Below, piece by piece: positions 10,294-20,543 of a stretch of DNA of 64,000 bases; within the stretch, counting starts at the first letter, position 1, and the number at the start of each line of letters is the position of its first letter. Source of the DNA: a virus. The notes below the pieces were generated by a model. That model saw only the letters and a program-made list of their open reading frames with translations. It did not search any database and had not been told where the DNA came from. Location: IMG/VR virus record IMGVR_UViG_3300017971_000203; one strand, 5' to 3'. Made by a program: the position numbers and the translations under genes.

Positions 10294-10747
10294 TGATCAA
10301 CCTCTCGAACACCTCGAGCGGGAGCAATACCCAATCTTGGTAGGGGGTTGCCGCCCGCATGGCTCCTCGCCCTGACGCCCCTTCGAACGTGACGACCAGA
10401 GCCGGCTTCTTCCCCTCCTGAGAAGCTCCCTCGGACACCTTCGCCAACCACTCCTTCTGGAGCCGTATCGACCTCGCCTTGGTCCGCTTGTGCTCCACGT
10501 GAAACCCGGGAACTGTCAGGTCTCCTTTCCTCGTCACCCTCTTCCCCTTTGACCGAATGACCGTCTGGTCCCCTCTCCCGAGCCGCACCATTCCGAACCT
10601 GGAGTGCGCCCCCTGCCACTTCGAGAACGTACCCGCCCCGGAAGCAGGAAGCCTATACCCCCCGAGCCGTTCCGCGACACGATCCTCGTGCTTCTTCGTG
10701 TTCTCTGCATCGCGCCTCTTCCGGCTCTTGGGCTTCGGGATCTTCAC
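10277..10747 (-). CDS. Hjc-like (PD-(D/E)XK) Holliday junction resolvase
   Basis: HEDRVA..LGG..PASGA..KGD..VEHKRT...KEWL.K motif. GTG start follows GAGGAG. Confidence 0.7.
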   Translation of the reverse strand: MKIPKPKSRKRRDAENTKKHEDRVAERLGGYRLPASGAGTFSKWQGAHSRFGMVRLGRGDQTVIRSKGKRVTRKGDLTVPGFHVEHKRTKARSIRLQKEWLAKVSEGASQEGKKPALVVTFEGASGRGAMRAATPYQDWVLLPLEVFERLINVDAE

Positions 10748-10865
10748 CTCTGCTCCTCGTGACCGCAGCCACGGCACCTCCACTGAAAAGGAGGGGGAAA
10801 CGCTCCCACCGAGCCCTCGATGACCATCCCGCCACCACACTTCGGACAAAGGTCCGACTCAGGCG

Positions 10866-11957
10866 CTACGGGCGGCACATCACCGTCGCCAATACCTCCC
10901 TCACCTTCCACCAGAAAGGGAGGTCCTGCTGCATCTGCTTCGTCGCATCCTTCTGGATCCGGAACTCTTCCCCTGCGAGTACCCACGGCTTCCCCTTCTT
11001 CTTCGACTGCTTGAGAAGTCCGAACTCCTTCAACCGATCCACCGGCCACCCACCGTCATCGAAGTCCCCGCGGCAGAGGTCTTTCGAATTCTTGAACAGA
11101 AGCCGGAACTCACCGGCACGACGGGGGTCGAACGTCTTGTTCTTGTGCACACGGAACTTCACCACCGCACAGTCCGGCTCGTTGGCCCCGGCGCCCTTCT
11201 TCGGCTCGTACCCGACCGGAGAGAAGCGGGTCTCCGTACACGCCGCGTACTGGGGCATGGACCCGCCCGGCTTCACCTCAGGGGAACCGAACATGACAGA
11301 GGGATCGACCCGGGTGTGGTTCGTCACCAGCACCGTGGGATACCTACCGAACTCCGCATAGCAGCCCCGGAACGCCATCGCGATCTTCTGCGTGCCCTTC
11401 GACAGCAGCCGAGCCTGCACAGCCATGTGGTCCTTCCCGGAAGACTCCTCGATCACGGTAGTCGGCACGAGAAGCGCCAGGGAATCGATGACCAATAGGT
11501 CCAAACTGCCGCTCCGGATCAGAGCTTCCGCGACATCCAGGCCCATCTCCCCGTGAGTAGGCTCACAGAACACGAGCGCATCGACATCCACGCCGAGGGT
11601 CCGGGCCCACCGCTTCTCGAAATCGTTCTCCGTCGAGATCAGAGCCGTCACAGAAGGCTTCTGCTTCCCGCAGACGCACACCTCCAAAGGCACAAAGCAG
11701 CTGGAACAGCACTTCTGCGCCATCGCGATGCCCTTCAGAGTGGTCGCCGTCTTTGCCGAGGACGGGGGACCGAAAATCGTGTGGAAGCGACCTATGGTCC
11801 AGCCCCCTCCGAGAGAAATGTCCAACCGCAGTGAACCCGACGACCAGCGGGGCATGTTCTCAGCTCTGGCCTCGGCAGCCAACTGGATGGCCCCCTCGCC
11901 GAAGTCCTCCACGAGCTTGTCGACCGCCGCTTTTCCCAAGATGTCCTTGAGGTCCAC
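10866..11957 (-). CDS. recA: RecA/UvsX recombinase
   Basis: SSGSLRLDISLGGG, Walker-A-like GPPSSAKT, LGVD, DLLVIDSLA, QARLLS, FGSPEVKPGG, KNKT. Confidence 0.9.
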   Translation of the reverse strand: MDLKDILGKAAVDKLVEDFGEGAIQLAAEARAENMPRWSSGSLRLDISLGGGWTIGRFHTIFGPPSSAKTATTLKGIAMAQKCCSSCFVPLEVCVCGKQKPSVTALISTENDFEKRWARTLGVDVDALVFCEPTHGEMGLDVAEALIRSGSLDLLVIDSLALLVPTTVIEESSGKDHMAVQARLLSKGTQKIAMAFRGCYAEFGRYPTVLVTNHTRVDPSVMFGSPEVKPGGSMPQYAACTETRFSPVGYEPKKGAGANEPDCAVVKFRVHKNKTFDPRRAGEFRLLFKNSKDLCRGDFDDGGWPVDRLKEFGLLKQSKKKGKPWVLAGEEFRIQKDATKQMQQDLPFWWKVREVLATVMCRP

Positions 11958-12772
11958 TACACCACCACCGCCCCGAGGAGACCCGACTCTTTCCAGGCCT
12001 CCTTCACCTTGCCCGCGAAGACAGGCCAGCTCTTCTTCTCCGCCACACCGCCGAGGTCATCCACGATGTCCCGGGCCGCGACAATCATCCCGTAGCTGTA
12101 GAGGCGGTGATTCCCACCCGTCCGCAACGTCGTCTTCGGCAGATACCCGTTCTTCTCCATCCTGAGCACGGCCGACGTCGTCCGGCCCATTGCCTCAGAG
12201 AGCACGCCCACGCGGTAGAGCCTCTTCAAGCTCTCCTCCCCAGAAGACAAGCGGACCTTCACCACGAATTTCTTCGCCTTGGCAAAGACCTGCTTCTCGT
12301 CCTCCTTGATGAGCCCCGACGCGATGGCTACATCCCGGATCTCGGCAATCAGCTTCTCAGGGTAGAGCCGGTCTCCACGCCGAGCTCGGCGCAGATCCGT
12401 GGTCGGGATCTTCCCCTTCTTCTCCCAGATCCGAACCGTCTGCACAGACCTCCGCAAAACCAGCGCCACCGCCCCGATCGTGTAGACACGGCCCCGGTAA
12501 GTCCTGCCGTCTGCGAGCTCAGGATTCACCAGGCACTCGAACCCCGCATCCGCAATGACCTTGATGGCCCTGCGACGCGCCTCCTTCTCCTCCCGGGCGG
12601 CAATGGCCTCCGGCGTGTTCGCACGCTTCTCCCGAGAAGTCCTGTTCTGGTCCAAAACCCGCTTCCTGTAGACCGGGTTCCTCTTGTACCGCTCACGGCG
12701 GTCCAGGTTCCGCTGTGCCTTGTTCTCTTCCCACCACTGCTTGAAGCTCCAATCCGAGCTGTCTCCTAACAT
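11957..12772 (-). CDS. Protein with two MerR-type HTH domains
   Basis: YTIGAVA..LRRSVQTVRIWEKKG.IP...GDRLY and YRVGVLS..MGRT..AVLRMEKNG.LP...NHRLYS. ATG 12772 follows GGAGG and a TTGACT-N17-TAGAGG promoter. Confidence 0.75.
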   Translation of the reverse strand: MLGDSSDWSFKQWWEENKAQRNLDRRERYKRNPVYRKRVLDQNRTSREKRANTPEAIAAREEKEARRRAIKVIADAGFECLVNPELADGRTYRGRVYTIGAVALVLRRSVQTVRIWEKKGKIPTTDLRRARRGDRLYPEKLIAEIRDVAIASGLIKEDEKQVFAKAKKFVVKVRLSSGEESLKRLYRVGVLSEAMGRTTSAVLRMEKNGYLPKTTLRTGGNHRLYSYGMIVAARDIVDDLGGVAEKKSWPVFAGKVKEAWKESGLLGAVVV

Positions 12773-12831
12773 GACAACCTCCCCGTGCACCTTCCCTCTA
12801 CCATGTCGCGCTGAAATAGTCAAGCAAACCC

Positions 12832-15261
12832 TTATCTCTCGCGGACTTGCTCGTAGTAGTCATCCCGGTTCCGGCCCCACCGTGCATACATCGGGATGTA
12901 GTCGTCCCGGAGATCCACGACGATCGGGGCCTTTTTTCCCGAGTGCTCTCTGAGTATTCGACCCCACGGCTGCTCGGGGTCGTAGATCGGCGTTGCCATG
13001 ACGAGTGTGTCGAGCCTCGGAACATCGAAGCCCTCGCTCGCGAACTGATAAGTGGCGAAAATGACCTGCGCCATCTTGGCCTCCACGAGGGCGTCCCCGC
13101 GCACCCCTCCAACGCAGAAGCTGGTCGTCGGCGTCTTCAGCCCGTGCCGCTCTTTCCACTTCAAGAGCTCGAGCTCGGCCTTCGCATCCCCCGCCTGCAC
13201 CAGCTTGAGCAGGCGCCCGGCGACGGGGTGCCCTTTCGGCAGAATCGTCTTCCAGCCCTCACGGAACTGCTCCTCCAGAAGGCTCAAGTGCTTGAGCCGC
13301 TTCGACAACACCAGAATGTACCGCCCTGCCTGAACAGCCCTCGTGATCTGGTCCACGATGATGCGGTTCCGCCTCGGGTTCGCACACACGAGCCGAAGCA
13401 GGAGAGCCTCGTTCTCGGTGATAGCCGGCTTCGGAGGCACGACATCAAACTCTGTCCACACCCTCTTGAGCGTGGGCTTCATGGTGGACTGGTGCGCCGC
13501 ATGGAGCATCTTCCCCAGGTGGAAGAAGAACACATCCTCGGTGCCGTCCGCCCTGCGCGGCGTCGCCGAAAGGCCCACCCTCCAGCGGGCTTTGAACATC
13601 GGAGGGATCTGGGAAAACGTCGGCGCGGAGACCCGGTGCACCTCGTCGAAAATGAGCAGCCCAGGCCAATCGTAGAGGGTGTCCGGGTAGTTGCGCCGAT
13701 GGACCGACTGCATCATCGCCACGGTCACGTGGTAGCCGTGGTGATCGCAGCTGTCGCCCTGGATCGTGCCCACGCGCGCGTCCGGGAGAAACACCTCGAA
13801 GCTCTCCCGCCACTGGTCCACCAGGGCTTCGTTCTGGACGAAAACGATGGTCGGCACACCCATCTCTGCGATGAGTGCGCACGCCCAAACGGTGTTATGC
13901 GTCACCGTGAAGTCGCCCAACAGGAAGCGTCCGTCCCCGTCGAGAGTAAACCCGGCCCACGCGCCTTCCCCTATGGGCTCCACCGAAAAGCCTGTCCGCG
14001 TCGCGACCTTTTTCTGCCTCCTCGGACCCGGGTCCTTCCGGGCCAACCGGAAAGGAACCTCGGAAAAGTCTCCTGACAGGCCCACGCGCCAATAGGACAC
14101 CCCATCGACTACCTTCTCACAGACAGAAGCCCTGAACCCGAGGGACCGGCCCAGAAAAGCAATGTCCTCCGCCCACTGCTTCCTCTTCTGACAAACCCGA
14201 AGCACACCCGCGTTGTGGTGCCCATCCGAGTCGAGAAGTCCCGCCAGGAACGCCAAGCGGGTCTTGCGAGTACCACGGAGATACATCGCGGGGAGCCTTG
14301 AACCGTCCCCATACACCTCCCGGAGCTCTCGGAGGAGAAGGTTACGGACACCGGCCTGCCCGGCCAAATGATAGGTAGGACAACGCCCACCCGTCGTATC
14401 CGCACGAACCCGAAGCCCCCAGCTTGCCGCCACCTCCTCGCACAGCGACACGATCTCCGGATCCGCAGTCGTCACCGCCGCCCGAACAGGGGACTTCGAA
14501 CCGTCCCCGTACCACACTCCGAGAAAGTAAGGGTCAATCCCCCACGCAGGAGGACCCTCCAAGTATCCAGGATAGAACTCCACTCCGTTCTCGGGGGCGA
14601 ATTGCTTCCACAAATGCTTCTGTGTCTTCGACCACCCCAGCCAGTCCTCCACGCACACATCCTTGACCTCATCCGTCTGCGTGTTCACCAGAGTCAGTAT
14701 GTGCGCATCGTTGCACTCCCAGGGTTCTCCGTTGACGGGCACGATCCGATACATCGGACCCGACCCCCGCGTCGTCGACAAGACCTCCCTCGAGCGGCTG
14801 TCCGGTCCAAGCAGGAAATCCCCCTCTCGGACATCCTCCACCGCCACCGCTTCCCCGTCCGACTTGAGGACCTTGGTTCCAAGGGCCAAGCACTTCCCCC
14901 ATCCGGTCGGCGCTCGGACGATGCCCCCGTAGCCCGTCTTGAGCTTCGGCACCACATCGCGGATTGCGAGCTCTTGCCCCGGACGCAGCTGCCCCTCGAA
15001 AGCCAGCCGCTCCCCCCAATCCCCTGTACCCAGGGTGGTCAGGTCCTCGACCTCGTTGTCGAGGCGGGCGTTGTCGAGGAAGAAGGCCCGCGGAACTCCG
15101 AACCACTCAGGCGCCGAGTCCCAGAGGTGCAGCGTCGCGGGATCGGACTGCGGGTGGAGCCGTCTCTGATGGATTGTCAGGGACCGCTCGAGCCGGACGC
15201 ACTTGGCAAACGTGAGCGCGCTCCGGTCCAACCAGGCCCATGAGTCGAGGCGAACCTTCAC
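12832..15261 (-). CDS. Superfamily 2 DEAD/DEXH helicase (UvsW-like) containing an intein
   Basis: QLRPGQ, APTGWGK|T, DEVH, GLSATP.R.DG, EGFDVP.LD, GRILR. Confidence 0.9.
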   Translation of the reverse strand: MKVRLDSWAWLDRSALTFAKCVRLERSLTIHQRRLHPQSDPATLHLWDSAPEWFGVPRAFFLDNARLDNEVEDLTTLGTGDWGERLAFEGQLRPGQELAIRDVVPKLKTGYGGIVRAPTGWGKCLALGTKVLKSDGEAVAVEDVREGDFLLGPDSRSREVLSTTRGSGPMYRIVPVNGEPWECNDAHILTLVNTQTDEVKDVCVEDWLGWSKTQKHLWKQFAPENGVEFYPGYLEGPPAWGIDPYFLGVWYGDGSKSPVRAAVTTADPEIVSLCEEVAASWGLRVRADTTGGRCPTYHLAGQAGVRNLLLRELREVYGDGSRLPAMYLRGTRKTRLAFLAGLLDSDGHHNAGVLRVCQKRKQWAEDIAFLGRSLGFRASVCEKVVDGVSYWRVGLSGDFSEVPFRLARKDPGPRRQKKVATRTGFSVEPIGEGAWAGFTLDGDGRFLLGDFTVTHNTVWACALIAEMGVPTIVFVQNEALVDQWRESFEVFLPDARVGTIQGDSCDHHGYHVTVAMMQSVHRRNYPDTLYDWPGLLIFDEVHRVSAPTFSQIPPMFKARWRVGLSATPRRADGTEDVFFFHLGKMLHAAHQSTMKPTLKRVWTEFDVVPPKPAITENEALLLRLVCANPRRNRIIVDQITRAVQAGRYILVLSKRLKHLSLLEEQFREGWKTILPKGHPVAGRLLKLVQAGDAKAELELLKWKERHGLKTPTTSFCVGGVRGDALVEAKMAQVIFATYQFASEGFDVPRLDTLVMATPIYDPEQPWGRILREHSGKKAPIVVDLRDDYIPMYARWGRNRDDYYEQVRER
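13894..14892 (-). mobile_element. Intein (333 aa) with LAGLIDADG homing endonuclease in the SF2 helicase Walker A
   Basis: N-terminal CLALGT, block B ECNDAHIL, YFLGVWYGDG and LAGLLDSDG motifs, C-terminal VTHN followed by Thr. Confidence 0.93.
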
Positions 15262-15482
15262 CGAACAAATGGTCGGGGTATGCCGCCTCGAGCCACTCTA
15301 CCCTCTTCGCCCTGGACGAAGACGACCTCACCTCGAGCGGCCTCGGCCCACCTCTTGGGAGGGAGGTCCCCCGGCTCCTTTTCGAACCAGCTGAAATTGA
15401 TCTCGTGCACCAGGCCCTTGGCCTGGACATTCACGACCATCTTCTGCTTGCCGAGAAGCAGGGTCACGTCTTTGATATCCAT
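15258..15482 (-). CDS. Hypothetical protein
   Basis: 74-aa ORF with SD, overlapping the helicase start. Confidence 0.6.
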   Translation of the reverse strand: MDIKDVTLLLGKQKMVVNVQAKGLVHEINFSWFEKEPGDLPPKRWAEAARGEVVFVQGEEGRVARGGIPRPFVR

Positions 15483-15522
15483 TTCCGTCTCCTGCTATCG
15501 AACCAGGGAACCGGCGGCCGAA

Positions 15523-16362
15523 TCAGAAGGGAATTTCGTCCTCGGCCACCTCACCACCGGAGTTGCTGACGCTGCTCGAACCGCTCTTGGGAGAGCTCGA
15601 GCCCCCACCCGACCCCATCGAGATCAAAAGGTCTTCAATCTCATCGTTCGTCGGAGGTGCGAGGAGCTCGTCATAGTTGAAAGGCGGCACCCGTCGCACG
15701 AGCTTTCCTTCCTCATCGAACTCGACCTGGAAAAGCCGCTGGAGATTGACCATCTTCTCGGCGTTCGCCTCGGCCTCGTTGTACCACTTCGAGAGCTTCT
15801 TCCCGCGGTACATCGCCTTCTCGAAAAGCGCGTCGTGATCCGTCACCTCCTGCAAGAGCTCGTGCTCGCCGCCGATATCCGGGTCGCTCCGAGTGGAGTC
15901 TCGATAGGCCTCGATCACCCAGCCCGCGAAACCGCCCTTGCGCTGCCGCTTTGTCTCCAGGCGGTCGAAGCTGTTGTAGAGCGCCGCCATGAACTTCATC
16001 TCGAACTCACGGACATTGCCACGCTGGTCCGTCCACGACCGCATGTCTACGACCGTGTAGAAGTAGCGCGTCCACCGACCATACCCGCGCCGCTTGTCGT
16101 AACGCCTCCCCAGCTTCTTACAACAGATAGAGTTCGGCGTGTTCGGGCAGGAGAAGTGGTTGTTCCAGCCTTGGCCCGGGAGGCTGGGATTGTGCTCGTA
16201 GGCCGGCTGAGGATCGTCATCGACAGCGACATAGCGCCGGCGTTCGTCCTTTGGCACCCAGAACCTGTCCGGGAGCTGCATGCGCTCCCGAGCCCTCTTG
16301 TCCTTCGCTGCTGCCTCTCTCTTGTCCAGTTTCCAGCTCGGTCTGCTCTGCTCTTCGCTCAT
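15523..16362 (-). CDS. Probable single-stranded DNA-binding protein (gp32-like)
   Basis: DRFW near the N-terminus, His/Cys cluster, Ser/Gly linker and acidic EDEIPF tail. Start taken at MSEEQ; located among replication genes. Confidence 0.65.
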   Translation of the reverse strand: MSEEQSRPSWKLDKREAAAKDKRARERMQLPDRFWVPKDERRRYVAVDDDPQPAYEHNPSLPGQGWNNHFSCPNTPNSICCKKLGRRYDKRRGYGRWTRYFYTVVDMRSWTDQRGNVREFEMKFMAALYNSFDRLETKRQRKGGFAGWVIEAYRDSTRSDPDIGGEHELLQEVTDHDALFEKAMYRGKKLSKWYNEAEANAEKMVNLQRLFQVEFDEEGKLVRRVPPFNYDELLAPPTNDEIEDLLISMGSGGGSSSPKSGSSSVSNSGGEVAEDEIPF

Positions 16363-16474
16363 CTCGCATTCCCCTTCTTCAACAGCGGATGTTGCTTCTA
16401 TCCCGAGGCCCGCCTTCACCCCGGCACCCGGCACCGCCCATCCCGAATTGGATCGGACGATCCAGACATACCCT

Positions 16475-16503
16475 AATCTAACAGGACGAGCTTTGATAGT
16501 CAA
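16475..16503 (-). promoter_or_regulatory. Sigma70-type promoter of the ssb operon
   Basis: TTGACT-N17-TAGATT. Confidence 0.55.
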
Positions 16504-17429
16504 GCCCCGCCAACCGCCAAAGCACGATTGTGCCAGCTGCCGCCCGTGGACTCTATCGACTGCAGCCGATCCGGGTCCCAACCCTGCCTCTTCGCAAACT
16601 CGAAAAGGGTCCCGAGCCCCAGGCCCCCCGACTGCTTGCGGAAGGAGTTCCACTTGGTCTTCAGCTCTTTCGTCCCAGGATACTTGGAGCTTCTCTGCGA
16701 CCACTGGTCCCAGATCCGAAAGCCCCTCCCATTCCCGTTCCCGACATCGTCCCAGGTCTGCAGCGCGAAGCCGATGTGCAGCCAGAGCTCGTACTCCTCG
16801 GGCTCGATGAAAGCCAAAGCAGAGTGAATGACAGGCGGGTCCGCATGCCCCTCCTCGAACTTCCGGGAAGGTGGCCGGAATCCCTTCGGGAGCATCCATG
16901 CGGGTCGGGGAAGGAGCTCCCGCGCCCACTTCGGCACATCCGGCAGCTCCGACACAGGCCTCCCGCTCCACACGTAGACTCTTCCCGAAGCGTGGATAGA
17001 CGGAGGCGCCACCACGTAGCCCTTCGAGAGCACATCGATGAGCCGACTCTCCCCCCGCTGCGTCGCTCGGCCCACCGAGCAGTTCTTCGGACGTCGGTAG
17101 TAGTAGTGCCAGCCCTTCCCGGTCTCCACCGAGAGTGTTTCCGGCAGCCCGTAGCCGTGGGCCTCGTCGAGAGCGTCTCTCCCGTCGATGTCGACAACCA
17201 CGAGCTCACTGGGCTCGAGCAGCAACGCAACGTTTGCATCGGGCCGCCACGACCACCACCGCGCGGCCTTTTTCGCCGTCACGAGCCGGTCCTGGTAGCC
17301 ACTCCTCGCCAGGGGAGCCTTCCCAATCCCATGCTCGTGGTGCCCCCGGCCACAAGCACACAGACCCAACACAGTAGGCCAACAGAGCGGGATCGGGTGC
17401 CACCCGAGGTCCACATAGCTCCGCACCAT
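16500..17429 (-). CDS. Bifunctional primase-polymerase (Prim-Pol) with PriCT-2 domain
   Basis: CACG..H...GKAP, ANVA, VVVDID, TGKGWHYYY, YVVAPPS.H; C-terminal Y.LWL.IG.AL...WS.RS.KY...KW.SF. Confidence 0.88.
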   Translation of the reverse strand: MVRSYVDLGWHPIPLCWPTVLGLCACGRGHHEHGIGKAPLARSGYQDRLVTAKKAARWWSWRPDANVALLLEPSELVVVDIDGRDALDEAHGYGLPETLSVETGKGWHYYYRRPKNCSVGRATQRGESRLIDVLSKGYVVAPPSIHASGRVYVWSGRPVSELPDVPKWARELLPRPAWMLPKGFRPPSRKFEEGHADPPVIHSALAFIEPEEYELWLHIGFALQTWDDVGNGNGRGFRIWDQWSQRSSKYPGTKELKTKWNSFRKQSGGLGLGTLFEFAKRQGWDPDRLQSIESTGGSWHNRALAVGGA

Positions 17430-17475
17430 CGTCCAGGGTCCGTGAACGCAAGCTCTCGTCTCATGCTACCCTCCC

Positions 17476-19896
17476 TCAGAAGATCGGCTCTTCCTCGAGC
17501 CCGTCGTCCACGGTGTCGTCGTCAATTTCGCTGAAGTCCATCAGCTCGAAGTCCCAGTGGGTATCGAACGGCGGGATCAGGGTCTCCCGGCCCTTCATGG
17601 GAATCACACCCATCCGGCGGCTCTTCACCATCTCTTCCGTCTGAGTCAACGCGAAAGCGAGGTCCGCGTTCCAGCCGACCACGTCGGAGAGCCCTATGTT
17701 CTCCAGCACATTCGACTGCGGCTTACCCTTCTTCGCCTCCCGGTTGAACTGCGTCGAAGCCGCCAGCGCGACCTCCCTCGATATGCAGATCCGCTTGAAC
17801 TCGTTGAAGACCTCGGCCATGCGCTCCGTGCGCGTCTTCCCCTCTGCCCGGAGCAGGTAGGCCCCATCCACGATCGCGAGCTCGCAATCGGCTTCCTCGA
17901 TGGCCCCGTCGATGGACTCGAGACGGAAGTCGAACTGGCCACCGATGATGTCGAGCCCCACGGCATCCTTCAGCTCCTCGACGCCTTCGAAAAAGCGCTG
18001 CTCGTCCATCTTGGGGAGCTTCCCACGCCGCAGCATCCTGTACGGGAGACGGAAGTACATCGCGGCGAAGCGCTGCAGGATCGTCTCTTGAGCCATCTCC
18101 GTCGTCAGGAAGAGCACCCGATGCTTCTTCTTCCAGGCCTTGAGCGCCAGGTTGATCAGAACCCAGGTATTGTGCACCACCACATCGTTCGCGACGAAGC
18201 ACTCCGTACCAGGAACTGTCAAGTCGAACACCCGTCGGAAGCCCGCTTCCCGGATCTCAACCACACGATCCCAGACGAGCCCAGAAGACCACCACCAGGG
18301 CTCCGAACCTCGCACCCCCTTTTCGTGTATGTGGCAACGCTTATAACGACGGATCCTCTCTCCGTCCCAACACCTCGGAGACCCTGTGTTCGGGTTCCTC
18401 CTCTTCGCCAAGAGCGCCTTCATACGAACCGCTTTCGGCCCCCACAAAGAGAGCTCCCTATCGAAGGCCTCCCAACTCTCCGCGTACACCCGCAAGCGCC
18501 AAGCGTCAAACACAGCCCCCTTCAACCGGGTGGGCTTGTAGTGCACCGAGGACCGAATTCCAAACCGAAGCAACAGGTGAGAAATCTGCCGAAGCATCTT
18601 CCCACTTGCAAGCACAATCCCCGGACCGTTGTCCACATAACCATCGCACATCCAGAAAATCGACAAGAAACGAGCTAGCTGTTCCCGGTCCAACCGAAAC
18701 ACCGCATCCGGTATCGCCTTGTCCCTGGATAGAGTCCTGTCAATCCCATGTTCCCGTAGGAGCTCTCGAACCGGATTGACCCTGCGACGCAAGTCCCCGC
18801 CACCCGTGAACGTGTAATCATAACGGCTCACACGACGAACCGCGGCACCTTTCACCTCGGCCGCCTCGGTAGCCACCCGAACAACCTCCGGATCGCCCTT
18901 CGAAAAGGACACGTGGTGCCCTGTATAGCTGCCGTCCGCAAGGAGCACTGCCAAGAGATCCACATCCTCCGGGGACAAGGCCTCCGGCATCTCAGGGAAG
19001 CCCATTCTACTAGGGGTTCCAACGGTTTCCCCGATGCGGACTCGGTCCGCCCGGCGCCACCCATCCGGCAATATGAAAGGGTGCTCTGGAGTGACAATCA
19101 CCCTCTTTCCGCTTTCGAGAACGAACTGCAGACACCGCTTCGTCCCCGTGTCCACCTTGGCCTGAATGGACCGCGTAACCAAACCACCCGACTTCGACCA
19201 AGACCGAACGTCCTTGAAGGGATCGAGCCCCGTCCGCTCCGAACCCAAGTGTATGTCCGCCAGCGAAGCCTCGCACACCTCCCGGATGGTCCGAACCACA
19301 CCCGTTTGTGGATCCATCAACTCCGTCCGAGCTTCAACACACTTCCCCACGCCCGTGCGCGCGACGAACACAATCAGGTCCTTCGGCCACATCCCGAGGG
19401 TCTCCCCCGTGACAGTCTTCCACGGGAATGGGATCCCCCGCTTGCCGTCCTGGATATCCTTGTAGCGCTTCTTCGCCAGCGGCAGCTGTCCCCACAGAGG
19501 AACCACGGGCTGGATGATGAGGTGCTGCTCCCGAAGGACCTTCTGCGTGTTGTTCAGGGCACTGATCCCTTCATCGACGTCCTTCTTCATCACGGCGGCG
19601 CCGAGCTTCTGCAGCCCGGTGTTCAGGTGGCCCAGCGTGCGGAGCTCCTTGGTCTTCTCCATCCAGAAGTCGAAGGGCTCCGGCGGACAAGCCGGAAGCA
19701 CCACCCCCGTATCGCCCTCGATCGTGGCGCGCGTCGGGAGACCCTCGTAGTCCTTGATGTAGCCGACCAGGTACTGGTAGACCGTCGCCGCATCGGCGTC
19801 GTGAAAGTGAACAGGCTCGAGACCGGTCGAGATCGCTTCCCGGATGCGCTCCCGGCCCCCTTCCAGCATGCTGGATACGAACTCCATGAAAGCCAT
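17476..19896 (-). CDS. dnaB: DnaB-like replicative helicase containing an intein
   Basis: GIPFPW, ARTGVGK|T, FLTTEM, IVDGAYL, TQFNRE, SDVVGWNAD, KGRE. Confidence 0.88.
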   Translation of the reverse strand: MAFMEFVSSMLEGGRERIREAISTGLEPVHFHDADAATVYQYLVGYIKDYEGLPTRATIEGDTGVVLPACPPEPFDFWMEKTKELRTLGHLNTGLQKLGAAVMKKDVDEGISALNNTQKVLREQHLIIQPVVPLWGQLPLAKKRYKDIQDGKRGIPFPWKTVTGETLGMWPKDLIVFVARTGVGKCVEARTELMDPQTGVVRTIREVCEASLADIHLGSERTGLDPFKDVRSWSKSGGLVTRSIQAKVDTGTKRCLQFVLESGKRVIVTPEHPFILPDGWRRADRVRIGETVGTPSRMGFPEMPEALSPEDVDLLAVLLADGSYTGHHVSFSKGDPEVVRVATEAAEVKGAAVRRVSRYDYTFTGGGDLRRRVNPVRELLREHGIDRTLSRDKAIPDAVFRLDREQLARFLSIFWMCDGYVDNGPGIVLASGKMLRQISHLLLRFGIRSSVHYKPTRLKGAVFDAWRLRVYAESWEAFDRELSLWGPKAVRMKALLAKRRNPNTGSPRCWDGERIRRYKRCHIHEKGVRGSEPWWWSSGLVWDRVVEIREAGFRRVFDLTVPGTECFVANDVVVHNTWVLINLALKAWKKKHRVLFLTTEMAQETILQRFAAMYFRLPYRMLRRGKLPKMDEQRFFEGVEELKDAVGLDIIGGQFDFRLESIDGAIEEADCELAIVDGAYLLRAEGKTRTERMAEVFNEFKRICISREVALAASTQFNREAKKGKPQSNVLENIGLSDVVGWNADLAFALTQTEEMVKSRRMGVIPMKGRETLIPPFDTHWDFELMDFSEIDDDTVDDGLEEEPIF
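18169..19341 (-). mobile_element. Intein (391 aa) with LAGLIDADG endonuclease in the DnaB Walker A
   Basis: CVEART start, VTPEHPF block B, LLADG and IFWMCDG motifs, VFDLTV..FVAND.VVHN|T end. Confidence 0.93.
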
Positions 19897-20543
19897 CAGT
19901 TACCTCCCCCGACAACGTCGCCCTTGATCTCTCGGGCCAGAGCCTCCGACATATCGGGACCGATGACATTGAAGGCCAGGAAGCAATCGGCCGCCCCCTT
20001 CAACTGCTTCGCGAACTCCGACCGCAAACCGAGGCGGGTCGTGAGGAGGGTCGTCCCCATGTTCATGGACCGCTGCTTCACCAACGACAGCATCTCCGAT
20101 CCGCCATAGTAGCGGTCGTCCAGGTCCTCCTGCGTCACATCGTCCAGAACTAGGAGCTCCACGTCCCGGCACCTGGCAAGGAGGGTCTGCTCTGTGTCGA
20201 ACTTCTCCCCCTCCCGTCTGAGATGCCTAAGCTCCCAGACACGGAAGAAGTGGACGGTCTTGTCGAACGTCCTCGCGCGCCTGCACGCGAGGGACGCCAT
20301 CGCGGACTTCCCGACCCCCTGGGGTCCAGACAACAGCAGGGTCGGTCCCTTCTCCATGTGCTCCCAGAGCCCCTTCAGGAACCTCCGATAGGGCGCCTGC
20401 ACGCTCTCCGGGATCCGGGCTGCGCTCATCCTCCACAGCCTGCGGGGAAGTCCCATGTAGTCGAGCTCCACCCACTCGAGCTTCCTCGGTTCATCCGGCT
20501 TCTTCTTCTTCCTCATTGCATCCCGCCTCCTCGGTTCGGTCAC
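19896..20543 (-). CDS. DnaC/IstB-like AAA+ ATPase (helicase loader)
   Basis: LLSGPQGVGKS Walker A, LLVLDD Walker B, TLLTT; lies between the initiator and DnaB. Confidence 0.75.
   Translation of the reverse strand: MTEPRRRDAMRKKKKPDEPRKLEWVELDYMGLPRRLWRMSAARIPESVQAPYRRFLKGLWEHMEKGPTLLLSGPQGVGKSAMASLACRRARTFDKTVHFFRVWELRHLRREGEKFDTEQTLLARCRDVELLVLDDVTQEDLDDRYYGGSEMLSLVKQRSMNMGTTLLTTRLGLRSEFAKQLKGAADCFLAFNVIGPDMSEALAREIKGDVVGGGN

Noticed and set aside
16363-16971. N-terminal 203 aa of the 482-aa ORF
   Set aside because: It overlaps Prim-Pol in another frame and spans a promoter; the real start is most likely ATG 16362.
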